Source: an uncultured Pseudobdellovibrionaceae bacterium (lineage in GTDB: Bacteria; Bdellovibrionota; FAC87; UBA2466). Taken from it: a stretch of 64,000 nt of DNA. Every line of letters begins with the position of its first letter. Positions within the stretch are counted from its first letter, which is position 1. Below are positions 62,564 through 64,000 of the stretch, in pieces. The position numbers were made by a program, and so were the translations under genes. The stretch is from contig CAZRZK010000012.1 in the NCBI GenBank assembly GCA_964604555.1, positions 7,870 to 71,869 of the forward strand, written 5' to 3'. Below the pieces are notes generated by a model. The model worked only from the letters and a program-made list of their open reading frames with translations, was not told where the DNA came from and did not search any database.

Positions 62564-64000
<1,437 letters not shown>

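Overview
Compact chromosomal segment with about 58 protein genes and one tRNA-His. I saw no rRNA, CRISPR array, transposase or integrase. It comes from a diderm bacterium: TolQ/R-type proteins, an outer-membrane beta-barrel protein, SPOR, LysM and SLT peptidoglycan proteins, and a type IV pilin are all present. Many secreted hydrolases (S1 protease, C11 clostripain-like peptidase, zincin, SGNH esterases) would fit a Bdellovibrionota-like or deltaproteobacterial lifestyle, but this taxonomic guess is weak.

Housekeeping genes recognised from motifs: manC (partial), recD2, hppA, rplC, rsmG, rlmH, recN, topA, smg, dprA, ald and ligA (partial). Metabolic blocks: an acyl-CoA carboxylase plus acyl-CoA ligase operon (33.6-39.0 kb) and a leucine-catabolism-type cluster (49.5-53.0 kb).

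Accessory or unusual content:
- A small self-contained two-gene module at 48.46-49.51 kb: a nucleotidyltransferase-fold protein and a protein with a ribbon-helix-helix (RHH) tail. Its own promoter is covered by four copies of a 7-mer operator. This is my best candidate for an uncharacterised toxin-antitoxin or abortive-infection-like system.
- A pilin-centred glycosylation and methylation island at 20.2-28.4 kb, with two GT-C-like membrane enzymes and a polyprenyl-phosphate-type GT2.
- An adjacent pair of secreted S1 protease and secreted agmatine/peptidyl-arginine deiminase-family protein.
- Two class II Fic proteins.
- An orphan rplC with its own promoter.
- A wHTH-phosphoribosyltransferase gene whose start codon lies inside a perfect 17-bp-arm palindrome.
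- A dispersed GTCATTGCGAGG...GACGAAGCAAT hairpin repeat family.
- A 42-bp near-perfect inverted-repeat pair flanking 158 bp.

All functional calls rest on motif recognition by eye. No database search was run.
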